Assembly (NCBI GenBank): GCA_963575745.1
Contig: CAUYUJ010000247.1
Coordinates: forward strand, 1-64,000
From: Prorocentrum cordatum
Taxonomy: Eukaryota
DNA length: 64,000 bases
Direction of reading: 5' to 3'
Positions 1 through 11,190 of the stretch are shown here, piece after piece (position 1 is the first letter of the stretch; each line of letters starts with the position of its first letter). Position numbers and translations under genes: made by a program. The notes below the pieces were generated by a model, which was not told where the DNA came from, ran no database searches, and was given only the letters and a program-made list of their open reading frames with translations.

Positions 1-344
1 AAAAGCTGGTCCCAGGGAATGGCTGGGGGTCGACGTCATGCACAAAACATGACGTCGGGGGTCTGGGTTTGGGGTCTGCACTCAGTCCTCTCAGCACATG
101 TCTGCAAGGACGCAGTCTTGTTTCAATCCTAGCTTCTGCTTGCTTTTCCTTGTTTTTTCCTGGCTCTTCCTGGCTTTTCCTTGCTCTTCCTGGCTTCTCC
201 TGGCTTTTCCTTGTTTATTCCTGGCTCTTCCCGGCTTTTCCTTGCTCTTCCTTGCTCTTCCTTACTGTTCCTTGCTTTGCCTCGTTCCTAGCACCCTCTG
301 TGGCTCCATTTGCATGTCGTGGCATACGCCTCTAGGAGCGCCAG

Positions 345-382
345 GACGGTCCCAGGCCGCCAACGCTGTGATCTTCTTCCTG
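345..382 (+). CDS. Candidate host exon (GRSQAANAVIFFL)
   Basis: AG|G acceptor, G|GC donor, phase-compatible with 1374-1499. Confidence 0.4.
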
Positions 383-1373
383 GCGTTCAGTCGGCCCGTC
401 CCTCTACAGGAGGAATGTTTTAAAATGGTCAAATCATTGTCAGGGGGCGATTTCTTAGTATTTTTGAGCATTTTTGTTGTACTTTTTGAACTGTTTGATT
501 TTTCGTTCAAAATCCGCCTGCAGGGAGACATACCTGATTGTCTTCCTGGCGTCGACCCCCAGAAGTCCCGGCCCAGTCCCTGGGGCCGGCTCTTCCCTCG
601 TCCTCGCCAGTCGTGCTTTGCTCGGGGGCGGCTACGGGGGGGGGGTGATGACCAGGGGGCGGGGGATCTCATGGCGGGGGCCGTGATGTCTCCCCAGATC
701 TCATGGCGCCTCTTCTTAGTTCGATACATCCCCAGCCCCCCCTGGGCCGCACACGTGCCGCCGGCCATGATTTGCGCCCCCCCCTCTGGGACGCCCCCGG
801 TTCGACGGTCCCGAGGACTGGCACGGGCCTTCAGCGGCCAAAATTCGATTACACGTAAGAGTGGCCCTTCGCCAGAGTGACCTTTTTGGTGCGGGCCCAC
901 AAGAAGTCCCCCGATCCCTGGATGGAATGCGATGGAGGCGTGTTTGCGCGCCTGGTGGTGTCCCCAATGGGCCCGCCTCTGGGCCGCGCACCAGAAGGCC
1001 GTGCTTGCCTGGGGTCAGTCCTGCGTGCAGCCGAGGAGATAACGAAAACAACACTTCCGTGACCTTTGGAGGCCTGCCTCCGTCGCATTCCCCGCCCCCA
1101 CCTCTGTCGCTACCTCGGCATCCGCCTCACCGTCCGCCTCCTCCTCCTCCTCCTCCTCCTTGTCGTCGTCCTCCTCCTCCTCCTGCGCCTCCTCCTCCTT
1201 CTCCTCATCCTCTCCCTCCTCTTCCTCCTCCTCCTGCTCCTTCTCCCCCTCCTCCTCTGTCCCCTCCCCCTGCCCCTCTCCCTTCTCCTCTCCCTCCTTT
1301 TCCTCCTCTTCTCCTCCTCCTCCTCCTCTTCTTCGTATTTTTGTTTATGTTTTTTATATATCATTATTCGGAG

Positions 1374-1499
1374 GAGCTGCCCCACCGCGCCGCCGCGGAG
1401 GCGGCCGCGGCGCAGGCGCGGCGGCTGGCCGCCGAGAGAAGGGCGCGCGAGGCGGCGCGGCGGGCGCGCGGCGTGCTCGAGGGGGCGCCGGACGTGGAG
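1374..1499 (+). CDS. Candidate host exon (ELPHRAAAEAAAAQARRLAAERRAREAARRARGVLEGAPDVE)
   Basis: Codon-like GC island after an AT-rich tract; AG|G acceptor, G|GC donor. Confidence 0.6.
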
Positions 1500-2529
1500 G
1501 CCCTCGGCCCGCTCAAGTGTGCCACTGCGGCTGGCGATTGCACGTGATCTGCATGAGTTGCTACAGGCGTGCAGGTACATCGGGGGCCCGTGCGAAGAGG
1601 CGCCCTGCTTGCCTCCGGGGTGCCCTGGGTTTCTTGGGCTTCGACGGCTCTGCTATGGGAGGCGTGACGTTCCCACATCAAAAGTCAAGGGACGCCCTGG
1701 GGTCTCAGGGTTGGGTTTCTTGTGGAAGGTGTCTTGTGGACTGGCCTCCCCCGTACAGGTGTGCAGGTATGCATGGAATGCATCATTGCGTGAGTGTGTT
1801 GCGAAGCGTAGCCGCCGGGGCTCGAGTCTAGAAGTCGCCAGGCACGTCCCAGAATCGCAAGACGCGCACTAGAGCGGGGCGGCGCGGCGGGCGCGCGGCG
1901 TGCCCGAGGGGGCGCCAAACGTGAGGCCCTCACCACGCACGCCCTCGCTGCTATCCCAGAGCCCCTCGAGCTATGAAGATCTCATGACGGGAGGTTTTTC
2001 GCTATTCTCCGCCCCTAGGGGCCCTACCGGCCCCCTGGACCGTCAGAGAACGACTCGGGATGCAAGAGCGGTCCCCTCCTCGCTGCTGTCCCAGAGCCCC
2101 TCGAGTTGTGAAGACATCACGACGGGAGGTTTTTCGCTGTTCTCCGCCCCTGGGGGCCCTGCCGGCCCCCTGGGACCGTCAGAGAACGGCTCGCGGTCCC
2201 GGGGGGACGGGTCCGAACCGGTGGGGGCCCGCGTCACGAAAATGGTGATGACGTCGGGGGTCGGGGATCGGAGGGGGCGATCCCAGAGGCCCGAGGATCT
2301 GTTTTTTTCCATCCAGCGTCGCGTCGCATTTCCCTGTGCATGGAGCCAGCGACGCCGGAGGCTTCGCATCGCATTTCGCTGTGGTTTCACACCCCTTTTT
2401 GCCAATGCACATCTGACGTGCACGGCTTTTTTTTTTTTTTTTATTTTTTTTTTTTTCTCTCTCTCTCTCTCTCTCTCGTCGCGTCGGATTGCAAAAGTAT
2501 CGGTCGGGGGCCGTCGTAGGCGGGGGCAG

Positions 2530-3800
2530 AAGTGCTATCCGGGTGCCATCTGGGACCGTGTGGGGGGCCCTTCGGGGCCCTCCTGGGCCGTCTGCGGCAC
2601 CCTGTGGGCCGCGTATGGGCCATCCTGGTCTGGGCAACGCCCCGTTTTGGGCCGTCATGGCGCCATTTTGGGTCGTCGTGGGGTCTATTGGACCGCCCCG
2701 GGGTCACCCGGAACCTGTCGTGGGGCTGTCTGCGATACCGCTTGGCCCGCCCGGGGTCGATGCTGAGGGCCTTTGAAGCAGGTTGCACCCGAATTTCAAG
2801 TTTCCCTTGGGAATGCGGCAGTCTTTGCCTGCGGAGGCCCCAGTAGGGGACCTCCTTGGAGCCATCCAGGGGGCGTCTGTCGGGCCCGTCGGGGCCCTCC
2901 TGGGCCGTCTGCGGCGCCTGGCGGCCCTGTGTTGGGGCCCTCTTGTGTTCAGCGGGGCCCTTGTGGGGCCACCTGAGGCCACCTGGGTTGTCGTGGGGCC
3001 TTCTCGAGGTCCTCTGCGCTATCTTGGGCGTCTCTTGGGCCCGCTAAGGGCCACTGGGAACCGTCGTTGGGGCCACATGCCGGGCCTCTCGGCCCGTCTC
3101 GGGTCGTTGGCCAGGGCCTCGGAAGCAGTTTACCGAACATGTTCGTTTTCCTTTTCCGGGGATGTTCGGCTAGTGGGGGTTCTTGTGGGGGCCACCTTGG
3201 GGCGTCTAGGGGGGCCTCTGGGGGCCTTCCTGGGCTGTCAGCGGGGCCTGGCAGGCTGTAATTATCGGGGCCATCTTGGGCTGCGTGGGTCCCGTGTTGG
3301 GCCGTCATGGGGCCATCCTGAGGGTTCCTTGAGCCCATGTCGTGGTCCTCTTGGGCTGTCTTGGGCGTCTCTGGGGCCGTCCCAGGGCCGCTTGGAGCCG
3401 TCGCGGGGCCCTCCTGGAAGCCTCTTGGCCCGTCCCGGGTTACTGGCCTGGGTTTTGAAATTGTTTGCCTAAAGTGTGTCCTGAAAAGGATGGGCGCATC
3501 TCGGTTTGTTGGGGCCCTCGTGTGGGATGTCTTGGAGGTGTCTTGGAGGCTCCGTGGGCTGTCTTGAAGCCATCACAGGGCGACAGGGGGCCATCTGGGG
3601 TCTAGGCACCCGTGGTAGCCGTTTCGAAACCGTCGGAGGCCATCCATGGACATCTCTGAGGCTGCTGGGGTCGCCGGGCCCGCCGGGCCCATTTCGTACA
3701 GACCTTCCCTTCCAAACCGGCCGGACGGAGCCCCCCACAGGGAGGGGTTTTAGGACGGGCGGCAGCCTCACACGCCGTGGACCGTGAGGGGTCGGCGGAC
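2530..3800. repeat. Degenerate GGGGCC/TTGGG-rich repeat element; related sequence in opposite sense at ~27720-28150
   Basis: Recurrent GGGGCCCTCCTGGGCCGTCT motifs with strong strand bias. Confidence 0.6.
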
Positions 3801-4334
3801 TTCTCGGATCTGCTGTGGTATGATTGCGTTGCGAGGGCGGGGTCCTGGACGGACTACGCTAGACGAGCGCCCTGCGGGGCTTTTGGAGGGGTAGGGTGAA
3901 TTCGGGCACGTCCCTCTACAGGAGGAAGGTTCAAACATAGTGAAACAAGAGTCTGGGGACTATTTTTGGAACATTGTTTGACCATTTTGGAATATGTTTT
4001 GAGTATCTTTTATTTTTCGTCTAAGATCCCCCTGTAGGGGGACGCGCCCGACGTAAGGGTAGGGGGGAGTCAGTGCCTCGCGGGCCCCCGCCCCTCGCAG
4101 GGCTGCAGGCGCGGCGAGGTTGCGTCTGCGGGCCCCGTGTGCGTTCGGGCACATGCGCAACACAGCAGCGAGCACGCGACGCGGCGACATAGCGCCCAAA
4201 CAGCGCCCAAATAGCGCCGAATAGCGCCCATTGGCGCCGTGCTTGGATGCATTGCGCCCGCTCTGCGCGCTATCGGACGCCATGGAGACGATCAAAAGCT
4301 TGCGCGAGTTGCTCTCGAAACATGTTTGCCAGCG

Positions 4335-5490
4335 TGGCCCCGAACAATGTGTTTCTAGCAATCGATACTGTGCAATCTATAAGAAGCAATCGATTTGGTG
4401 CCATTAGCTGTTGCTCGCAATGAAGTTTTAACTCCACTGTTCGTGCAATGATCCCACCCCCCCGCCCGCAACTTGGTTTGCACAACCCTTGCGGCGGCGA
4501 TTGCGATGAGTGCTTGAGGCTAGCTGGCGCATCGCTGCGGCCGCGCAAGCGCGCGAAGGCTCGTGCGCAGAGCGGCCAGCTAATCTGGCGCGACCGACGC
4601 GACCGCGGTGGCGCTGACCGCTAGGGCCTTCCCAGCGGGTCCCGCAGGCCGCGCTGACGCGCGGCCAGTTCAATGCGAGTCGATGGTTCGGGCGGGCGCG
4701 GTACAAAGGCGACGTCGACAACGGCAGACACGATCATTGTAGCGGTGCTTGCGACAGCGATAATAATGACGACGGCAATGCCAATGACGTCGCCGACGCC
4801 GATCATGCCGATGACGATGATGGTGTCCACGTGTCGAAAAAAAAAAGACTTCGACATGCGCGCGCGCGGCCGACGGGTGCAAGTGGCCCGATTGGACAAA
4901 TCGTGCCCCCAGCACGCGCGCGAGGGCGTCTGAATGATTTTGGCATGCGCGCGCGAGGCGCACGTTGGGCCGATGTGGCTGAGAACGCGTTGACCACATA
5001 CATCAAAACAGTAATCATAAAACATTCGAAATGGCGAGCGCGCCGACTTTTCTGGAACACGCACGTTGCAGACTCATGTGCTTTATTTATATGCTTCAGG
5101 GAAGTTCGATGTTGATATTCTTGCGACATTTAAGCGGGCTTTGAATGGGCACGCGCACGTGTGCTTCGCCGTTTTTTGCACGGGATTGTTGGGCATGTGT
5201 GATTTTCGACAAACAAGCGTGCGCACATGGTGTTTTTTTCCGCAACGGGTGTGGGGGATCGATACCAGCCTGCCTGTGGTCGTATGATCGCAAATCCTCC
5301 AACAACGGGTTGTACCGATAAGCCCGCCCTCGCGAAGGTGGTGGGTCTACTCTCTTGCAAACAAAGAAATGTTTCTGTTGCCATGTATGTTATGCGATAT
5401 ATGTTGTGCCATCTATGTTGGGCAGTAGTTGTGGTGGAATCTGTTTGCGCAACCTACGTGGTGCAATCTATGTATTTATTATTATATATA
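4335..5490 (+). repeat. Large composite repeat unit, copy 1 (host of the TIR element insertion)
   Basis: Blocks CCCGCAACTTGGTTTGCA, GCGGCCAGCT..TGGCGCGACCGACGCG, GATACC.GCCTG and GTGGTGCAATCTAT recur in the same order at 11500-14330. Confidence 0.7.
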
Positions 5491-5604
5491 TGGTCGCCCC
5501 CCTCCAAGATCATACCTTTTCGTCTCCTCATCCTCGATTGCTTCTTTTCCTGTCTCTCTCCCTCTCTCTCTCTCTCCTTTCTCTGTTTCTGGGCTCTCTC
5601 GGGA

Positions 5605-6205
5605 CTTTGACCGTTGAGAACCGTTGTGCTTGGAAGATTTTCCAGATTTTCCAGGTTTTCCAGACACTGACCATTGAGAAACGCTGTGTTTTCCAGGTTT
5701 TCCAGGTTTTCCCAGACACTGACCGTTGAGAAAAGCTGTGTTTTCCAGGTTTTCCAGGTTTTCCAGGTTTTCCCAGACACTGACCGTTGAGACAAGTTGT
5801 GTTTTCCCGGTTTTCTAAATTTTCCAGGTTTTCCCAGGAGCTCGCAGTTGAGAAACGTTGTGTTTTCCAGGTTTTCCAGATTTTCCAGGTTTTCCCAGAC
5901 ACTGACCGTTGAGAAACGCTCACTCAGTTGGAAGTCTCTGGGGAGATCTGGAATACCTGGAACATCTGGAACACACAATGTTTTTCACCTGGGTAGGCTC
6001 TGTGGAGATCTGGAATATTTGGGAAATCTGGAAAACGCAATGTTTTTCACCTGGGTAGTCTCTGGGAAGATCTGGAATATCTGGAACATCTGGAAGACAC
6101 ACTGTTTTTCACCTGGGTGGTTTCTGGGGAGATCTGGAATATCTGGAAACACAGGGTTTTTCAACGGTCAGTGCCTGGGAAGACCTGGGCAACCTGGAAA
6201 ACACA
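5605..6205. repeat. Left subterminal array of the TIR element; direct copies then inverted copies
   Basis: Repeated TTTTCCAGGTTTTCCCAGACACTGACCGTTGAGAAAC units (5605-5920), then reverse-oriented CTGGAA/CTGGGA units ending in CAACGGTCAGTGCCTGGGAA, the near reverse complement of the first unit. Confidence 0.85.
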
Positions 6206-6397
6206 AGCCGCGCGACCCCTTATTTGTTCATCGGGAGACGTCGTGCGCGCGCAAGTCAGGTGACTCCAACGAGGCAGCATTGGCCGCTTGCTGCCCCGCC
6301 CGTTGCAGAAGTGCACCCCTCACAGCGGCCTCCAGCCGCAATCGCAAACGCCGTTTATACATCACACCCCTCAGAGCGCCAGCCATCGCAAGCGCCC

Positions 6398-8650
6398 TCA
6401 CGCAGGCGCGCCAGCGCCCGAACTCGGTGCCGCGGCGCCCGCCACCCCGCCGTCCTCTAGCATCTGCGAGAGGTCCTCCTCGAGGTCTGTGCGCTTCTTC
6501 TTCGGCGTCGGCGTGCCCAAATGAATGACGACGCAATCCTTGGACTTCTTGAGGCGCTGGCGGAACACCCCTGGCCCCCTCTTGATCGCCACCGCAGGCG
6601 AGGGGGGCGCGGCCGCGACGGCCGCGGGGGGGGGGGGCCGTCGTCGCCATCCATCCCGCCGCCGAAGCCGAAGACGTCTTCCTCGTCCTCTGCTGCGGCG
6701 GCGCCTCTCATCTCGCCGCCGAGACCAGAGTCGGCGTCATCGTCATCTGGGTTGCCTGGGATGGCGGGCGCAGGGGGCGCGGCCGCGCTGGCGGCGGCGG
6801 ATGCGTCGGCGCCGACGTTCATTTCACCGTCCATTGCAGCGAAATCATACTTCGGGGGCGCGCCCTGGTCGAAGAGCGTGGGGCCGCGAACCGTCCTCGA
6901 GCGCCCGGTGTCCCCGCCGCGAGCAAGCTTCTTCATGGCGGCCACGGCCCACTTCATGTGCACGCCGTAGTCGGGCGGCGCGAAGGTCTGGTCCTTCTTG
7001 AACCGCTTCAGGATAGGGGTGGTCTCGGGCGTGAAGAGGTCTGGCTTCTCGGGCACTGGCCACGGGAAGCGGGGGACTGGATCCTTAGTCGTAGACGCCA
7101 GCCACGGGTACATCCAGTCGTCAGTGAGGAGCACGATGTTGGACCTCGCCATGTACGCCTCCACGTCCGCCATCTGGTAGCCGCACTGCTTCTCGCCAGC
7201 GAAGTTGCGATCTATGATTTTGAGGAAGTCGTCGAATTTGACCACTTGTTGGCCTCTGCGGATGGAACGCACCTTCCTCTCGAACTCCTGGTCGTAGGGG
7301 TTGGCGCAGGTCTGGCGGGACTGGTTCTGCTCGAAGGAGGCGCCGCCCCACCCATGCAGCGCGCGGAAACGACGCGCACCAAAACCTACATGTAAAACAT
7401 GGCTTGTCGCCGTTTGGGTGTTTGATTGTTTATACTTTTCGACGGCGTGCGTCATCCGCGCCCTGCGGGCCCGCCCGCAGCAGCGCGTCCTCCTCGGCGG
7501 GGTCCAGGAAGGCCTTGATCTCATCGGGGGCCCACTTCGTGGGGGCGGTGTCGTCCGCGATAGCGGGCTTGAACGCAGTTCCAGGCTCGGGCCGCAAGAA
7601 GTCGATTTTCTTCGTCGTGACGACGCTCGGACGGAGGTCGGTGCGGTTATTCTTATCAATCTGGTAGGCTGAGATTGCGAAGCCGATGGTTTTCGACGCC
7701 GTGGACTTGCCGACCCTGGTCTTGCCGATCCACATGGCCCCGTGCACGTCGTGGCTCTTGAGAATGAGGGCGACGATGTTGTCGAGCACGAACGGGTGGA
7801 AGCGCTGGGGCGTGATCGCCCAGCGCTCGAGTGTCCTCGCGCCAACAGAGCCCGACGCGTAATTGCGGAGCGACTCCTTGGCTTCCGATGCCAGCCAGCC
7901 AAAGATCGGCGACTTCTCGTCGTTGATCTGTCAATCGGTCCACTCCGCGAACTGGTTGCGGTTGTTTGCCCTCGGGCCGAACTCCTTTATGAGACGATAG
8001 CCCGCCCTTCGCTTCTCCTTGTCGTAACCGCCACCGCCGACGGCGGCGGCCGCGGGCGGCTGAACCCAATGGCGGATCTGCACCCCGCCCAGCCTGTCCA
8101 TCATATAGTGAAAGAGTTTGAGTGGCGTCTTAGTGTCGGCCGAACTCCCCCAGTGGATGGTGGGCGCCCTGCCTGCAACGAAGATGTCCTTGGCAATGTC
8201 GGTCTGAACCTTGTTGTCGAACCTGACGTACTTCAGCGCGTGCTGCTCGCCGTTCGCGTCCTTCGGCAAGATGTGCAGCTGCATGGTGAAGGCGATCTCG
8301 CCAGGGTCCCTGTTGGGCTTAAGCGGGGCTGGCAACGCCGTGTAGTTGCCCCCGCACATGGCGTCATGCACGTCGACTGTGTCCACTTGATCCGCGGCGC
8401 CATCCTCCAACGTCACCCAATCCACTAAATGCATCATATTCACGACGTTGTCCGCGTACTGGAGCGGCATGTCGCGGAGGGCGAAAGCAGCGGGAGGGTC
8501 TGATTGGAAACGCTCGGGCGTGTCGAGCGTCTTGTAGGACTGCGCCGCCGCCATGCGCAGCCGCGTGTTTTTGATTTGGTCAGTTGCGGAGGCGCCGCCG
8601 ACGACGATCTCCCCCATTGACTTGATGCCGCCAGCCGCCAAGCTCGCCAT
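6398..8650 (-). pseudogene. Rep-like gene (putative HUH-like N-terminal domain + SF3-type P-loop helicase), lightly decayed
   Basis: ORFs 7931-8668 and 7430-7789 are in one frame, separated by a single TGA (7931-7933). Walker A GKTRVGKS, Walker B AIADD. After a ~118-nt intron-like insert (7353-7470, GC start, no intact AG) it continues WGGASFEQNQSRQTCANP (motif C-like). Poly-C frameshift near 6630; stop at 6398. Confidence 0.7.
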
Positions 8651-8731
8651 GGCAGACAGCGGGTGCAAACGGAAGCTTGCAGCGAAAGGTTGGCAGTTGG
8701 GGACAGCAAGCGCGGACTATTGAACCCTGCG

Positions 8732-8752
8732 GTTGAGCCCGACAGCTACGAA
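8732..8752 (-). other. Degenerate spliced-leader relic upstream of Rep-like gene
   Basis: TTCGTAGCTGTCGGGCTCAAC keeps both SL cores (CGTAGC, GGCTCAA), ~80 nt before the likely ATG. Confidence 0.55.
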
Positions 8753-8987
8753 CAGAGGGATGTCGGCAAGGACGTTGCCGTTGCTGCGAGGTGGCAAGAC
8801 TGGCGGCGGCACTGGTGAATACAACTGTTTCTTCGCTAGTGTTGGTCATGGAACAAGTCGACAGCTATATGCGTAACTGCGCACATTTCGCTTGGGCACT
8901 CTCGCCATGCTGGCCCAGCATACCGCAACGCAGAAAGCATCCCAGAGTTAAACCTCGCCCTCAGTGAACGCAATGGCACTCCCACCC

Positions 8988-10268
8988 TCAGTGCACGCCG
9001 CTCATCTCTTCGTAGATCATGCCACCCGTGGCCACCCAGAGGTCGTTGCCCTTGTTCCAGTACTCCCACTGTCCCGAGCGAATCCTGCTGGCCAGTGCCC
9101 TGCTCTTGGGCTTCAGAGTGCGGCTGCCGATGTGCTCCTTCAAGAACTGCCCGGCCCTGTCCGCGATCTGCGTGCCGCCCTTCACAAGGATGGAGCCGCC
9201 CCCAGGCAGTTTGTGACGCACCAGCTTGGTGAACGTGGGCTTGAGCCACACCCACTTGCCGCAGATTTCCTTGCGCTTCCGCGCGTGCACGACCCAGTCA
9301 TGTAGGACCCCATCCGCCCGAATCTTGTAGCTCCTGGCGCCGTCGGAGTGGGGGATGACCTTCTGGTGCTGCAGGCGGCTGAGCAAGAACGGCTTCCAGT
9401 CTGACTTGGTGATTGCCCCAGGGCCTGGCGCCTTCGGGGCGGTCGTGTCGTTGTTGATGCGCCACAGTGCCAAGCTCTGTGGGCGCCCGCGCTCAACGCA
9501 GCCAGCCCGCTGCTCCCATTCGTTCGTTTTCTTGTCAGCTGATAGCGCCGCGCGGAAAACCGTCTCGTCCGCTTCCACGTCCACCCACTCCTTGTCGCCC
9601 CCGAACGCGATCTCCTTCTCCTTCTTCTCGACGAACCGCTGGCGGGCTGCGTCCAGGTACTTGGACATGCGTTCGATAGCCTTGTGCTTGACGTTGAGCA
9701 GGAGGTGGATCTGCGAGGTGGTCATCCGGATCAACAGGCAGAACAACATCTTGACCTTGTTCATCAGCGACATCTTGCTCTGTCCATTGCCGTCGCTGAA
9801 CACGGGGTGCCCGTAGCACGCGCCCACCTGCTTCCCGCGCCGCCGACCGCTGTTGCATCGCCACTTCTCCGCCCCGTCCGCCTGGACACGCCGATTGCCG
9901 AGCTTGCCCTGCCCGCAGTGCGGACAGATGCGGCCCGACCAATCAATCAAGATGTTGTCCTCGATCAGCACCGACACCATGTCCTCCTCAGACTCCCCCT
10001 CGAGGCTGGCGAGGGAGCGGCGCCATTGCTCACGTTCTGTGCGGGTCTTCGTGGGCAGCGTGCCGCTGCGGGTATATTTCACGGAGGCCTTCATGCTGTT
10101 CTTCTTCTTCTTCTGCTTCATGGCACTCTGGTCACGGCCCATGATGCCCTTGCCGCGCTTAGGCGCTGGGAAAGGGCGGAACGATTTGTCTGGGCGTTTC
10201 AACATCGTTTTCTCGGTTGGGATGGTGGCCCCAGCGGGCCGCTTCATCGCGCCAGCGGGCCGCTTCAT
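8988..10268 (-). CDS. IS1595/ISXO2 (Merlin)-type transposase, ~426 aa, intronless
   Basis: Zn-ribbon CPHC...WRC; catalytic-type motifs VEADET, HSDGARSY, VVH and GGTQIADR(AG)QFLK in the IS1595 order; basic N-terminal MKRPAGAMKRPAGA. First ATG at 10268 (track start is a GTG at 10283). Confidence 0.85.
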   Translation of the reverse strand: MKRPAGAMKRPAGATIPTEKTMLKRPDKSFRPFPAPKRGKGIMGRDQSAMKQKKKKNSMKASVKYTRSGTLPTKTRTEREQWRRSLASLEGESEEDMVSVLIEDNILIDWSGRICPHCGQGKLGNRRVQADGAEKWRCNSGRRRGKQVGACYGHPVFSDGNGQSKMSLMNKVKMLFCLLIRMTTSQIHLLLNVKHKAIERMSKYLDAARQRFVEKKEKEIAFGGDKEWVDVEADETVFRAALSADKKTNEWEQRAGCVERGRPQSLALWRINNDTTAPKAPGPGAITKSDWKPFLLSRLQHQKVIPHSDGARSYKIRADGVLHDWVVHARKRKEICGKWVWLKPTFTKLVRHKLPGGGSILVKGGTQIADRAGQFLKEHIGSRTLKPKSRALASRIRSGQWEYWNKGNDLWVATGGMIYEEMSGVH

Positions 10269-10308
10269 CGCGGCAAAGACCACGGCGGAACCCGCTGCTC
10301 GAGGGAAG

Positions 10309-10330
10309 TTTGGGCCAGGGCGGCTACGAG
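10309..10330 (-). other. Degenerate dinoflagellate spliced-leader relic upstream of transposase
   Basis: CTCGTAGCCGCCCTGGCCCAAA vs DCCGTAGCCATTTTGGCTCAAG, 14/22, mismatches mostly transitions, ~40 nt before the ATG, preceded by (CCT)n. Confidence 0.6.
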
Positions 10331-10399
10331 GAGGAGGATGAGGAGGAGGAGGAGGATCCTATGTCTAATTGGAACAGTGCTGGACTGCTCCACATGTGG

Positions 10400-10446
10400 C
10401 TTTGGTTCTAGTTATTGTTCTGGCTCTGGTTCTGGCTCTGGTTCAA

Positions 10447-10483
<37 letters not shown>

Positions 10484-10504
10484 CTTTGGTTGTGGTTCTG
10501 GTTC

Positions 10505-10542
<38 letters not shown>

Positions 10543-10630
10543 ATGCTGATTCTGGCTCTGGTTCTTGTTCTGTCTCTGGTTCAGCTCCTGGTTATGGGTC
10601 TATTTCTGGCTCTGGTTCAGGCTCTTGTTC
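10400..10630. repeat. TCTGG(T/C) hexamer array inside the TIR element
   Basis: Directly visible tandem hexamers. Confidence 0.9.
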
Positions 10631-10684
10631 CGGCAGTAAATCGCGCGCAGACGAACGGCAGTGTTTTCGGGCGCGGAGGTGGGA

Positions 10685-11190
10685 ACCCTGGCCAGGGGGC
10701 CTTTTTTTCAGGGTCCCTCTCCAGCACATCAAACGGGCAAGGAAGCCTTTTCAGGTTTTCCCGTCCCGCCACTGGCCAGGGAGCCTTTTTCAGGTTCCCT
10801 CTCCAGCACATCAAACGGGCCAGGAAGCCTTTTCAGGTTTCCTCTCCCGCCACTGGCCAGGGAGCCTTTTCAGGTTCCCTTTCCAGCAAATCAAACGGGA
10901 AGGGAAACCTTTTCAGGTTTCCACTCCCGCCACTGGCCAGGGAGCCTTTTCAGGTTCCCTTTCCAGCACATCAAACGGGCAAGGACGCCTTTTCAGGTTT
11001 CCCCTCCCGCCGCTGGCCAGGGAGCCTTTTCAGGTTCCTTCTCCAGCACAACAGACGGGCCAGGAAGCCTTTTCAGGTTTCCCCTCCCACTGGCCAAGGA
11101 GCCTTTTCAGGTTCCCTCTCCAGCACAACAAACGGGCCAGCAAACCTTTTCAGGTTTCCCCTCCCGCCACTGGCCAGGGAGCCTTTCCGT
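10685..11190. repeat. Right subterminal ~80-bp tandem array (6-7 copies) of the TIR element
   Basis: CTGGCCAGGGAGCCTTTTCAGGTTCCCT...CAAACGGGC...CCTTTTCAGGTTTCCCCTCCCGCCA recurs about every 80 nt. Confidence 0.9.

Noticed and set aside
6398..8668. Complete endogenous CRESS virus or Helitron
   Set aside because: No capsid-like ORF or nonanucleotide stem-loop seen; the helicase is SF3-like rather than PIF1-like and the ends are TIRs.
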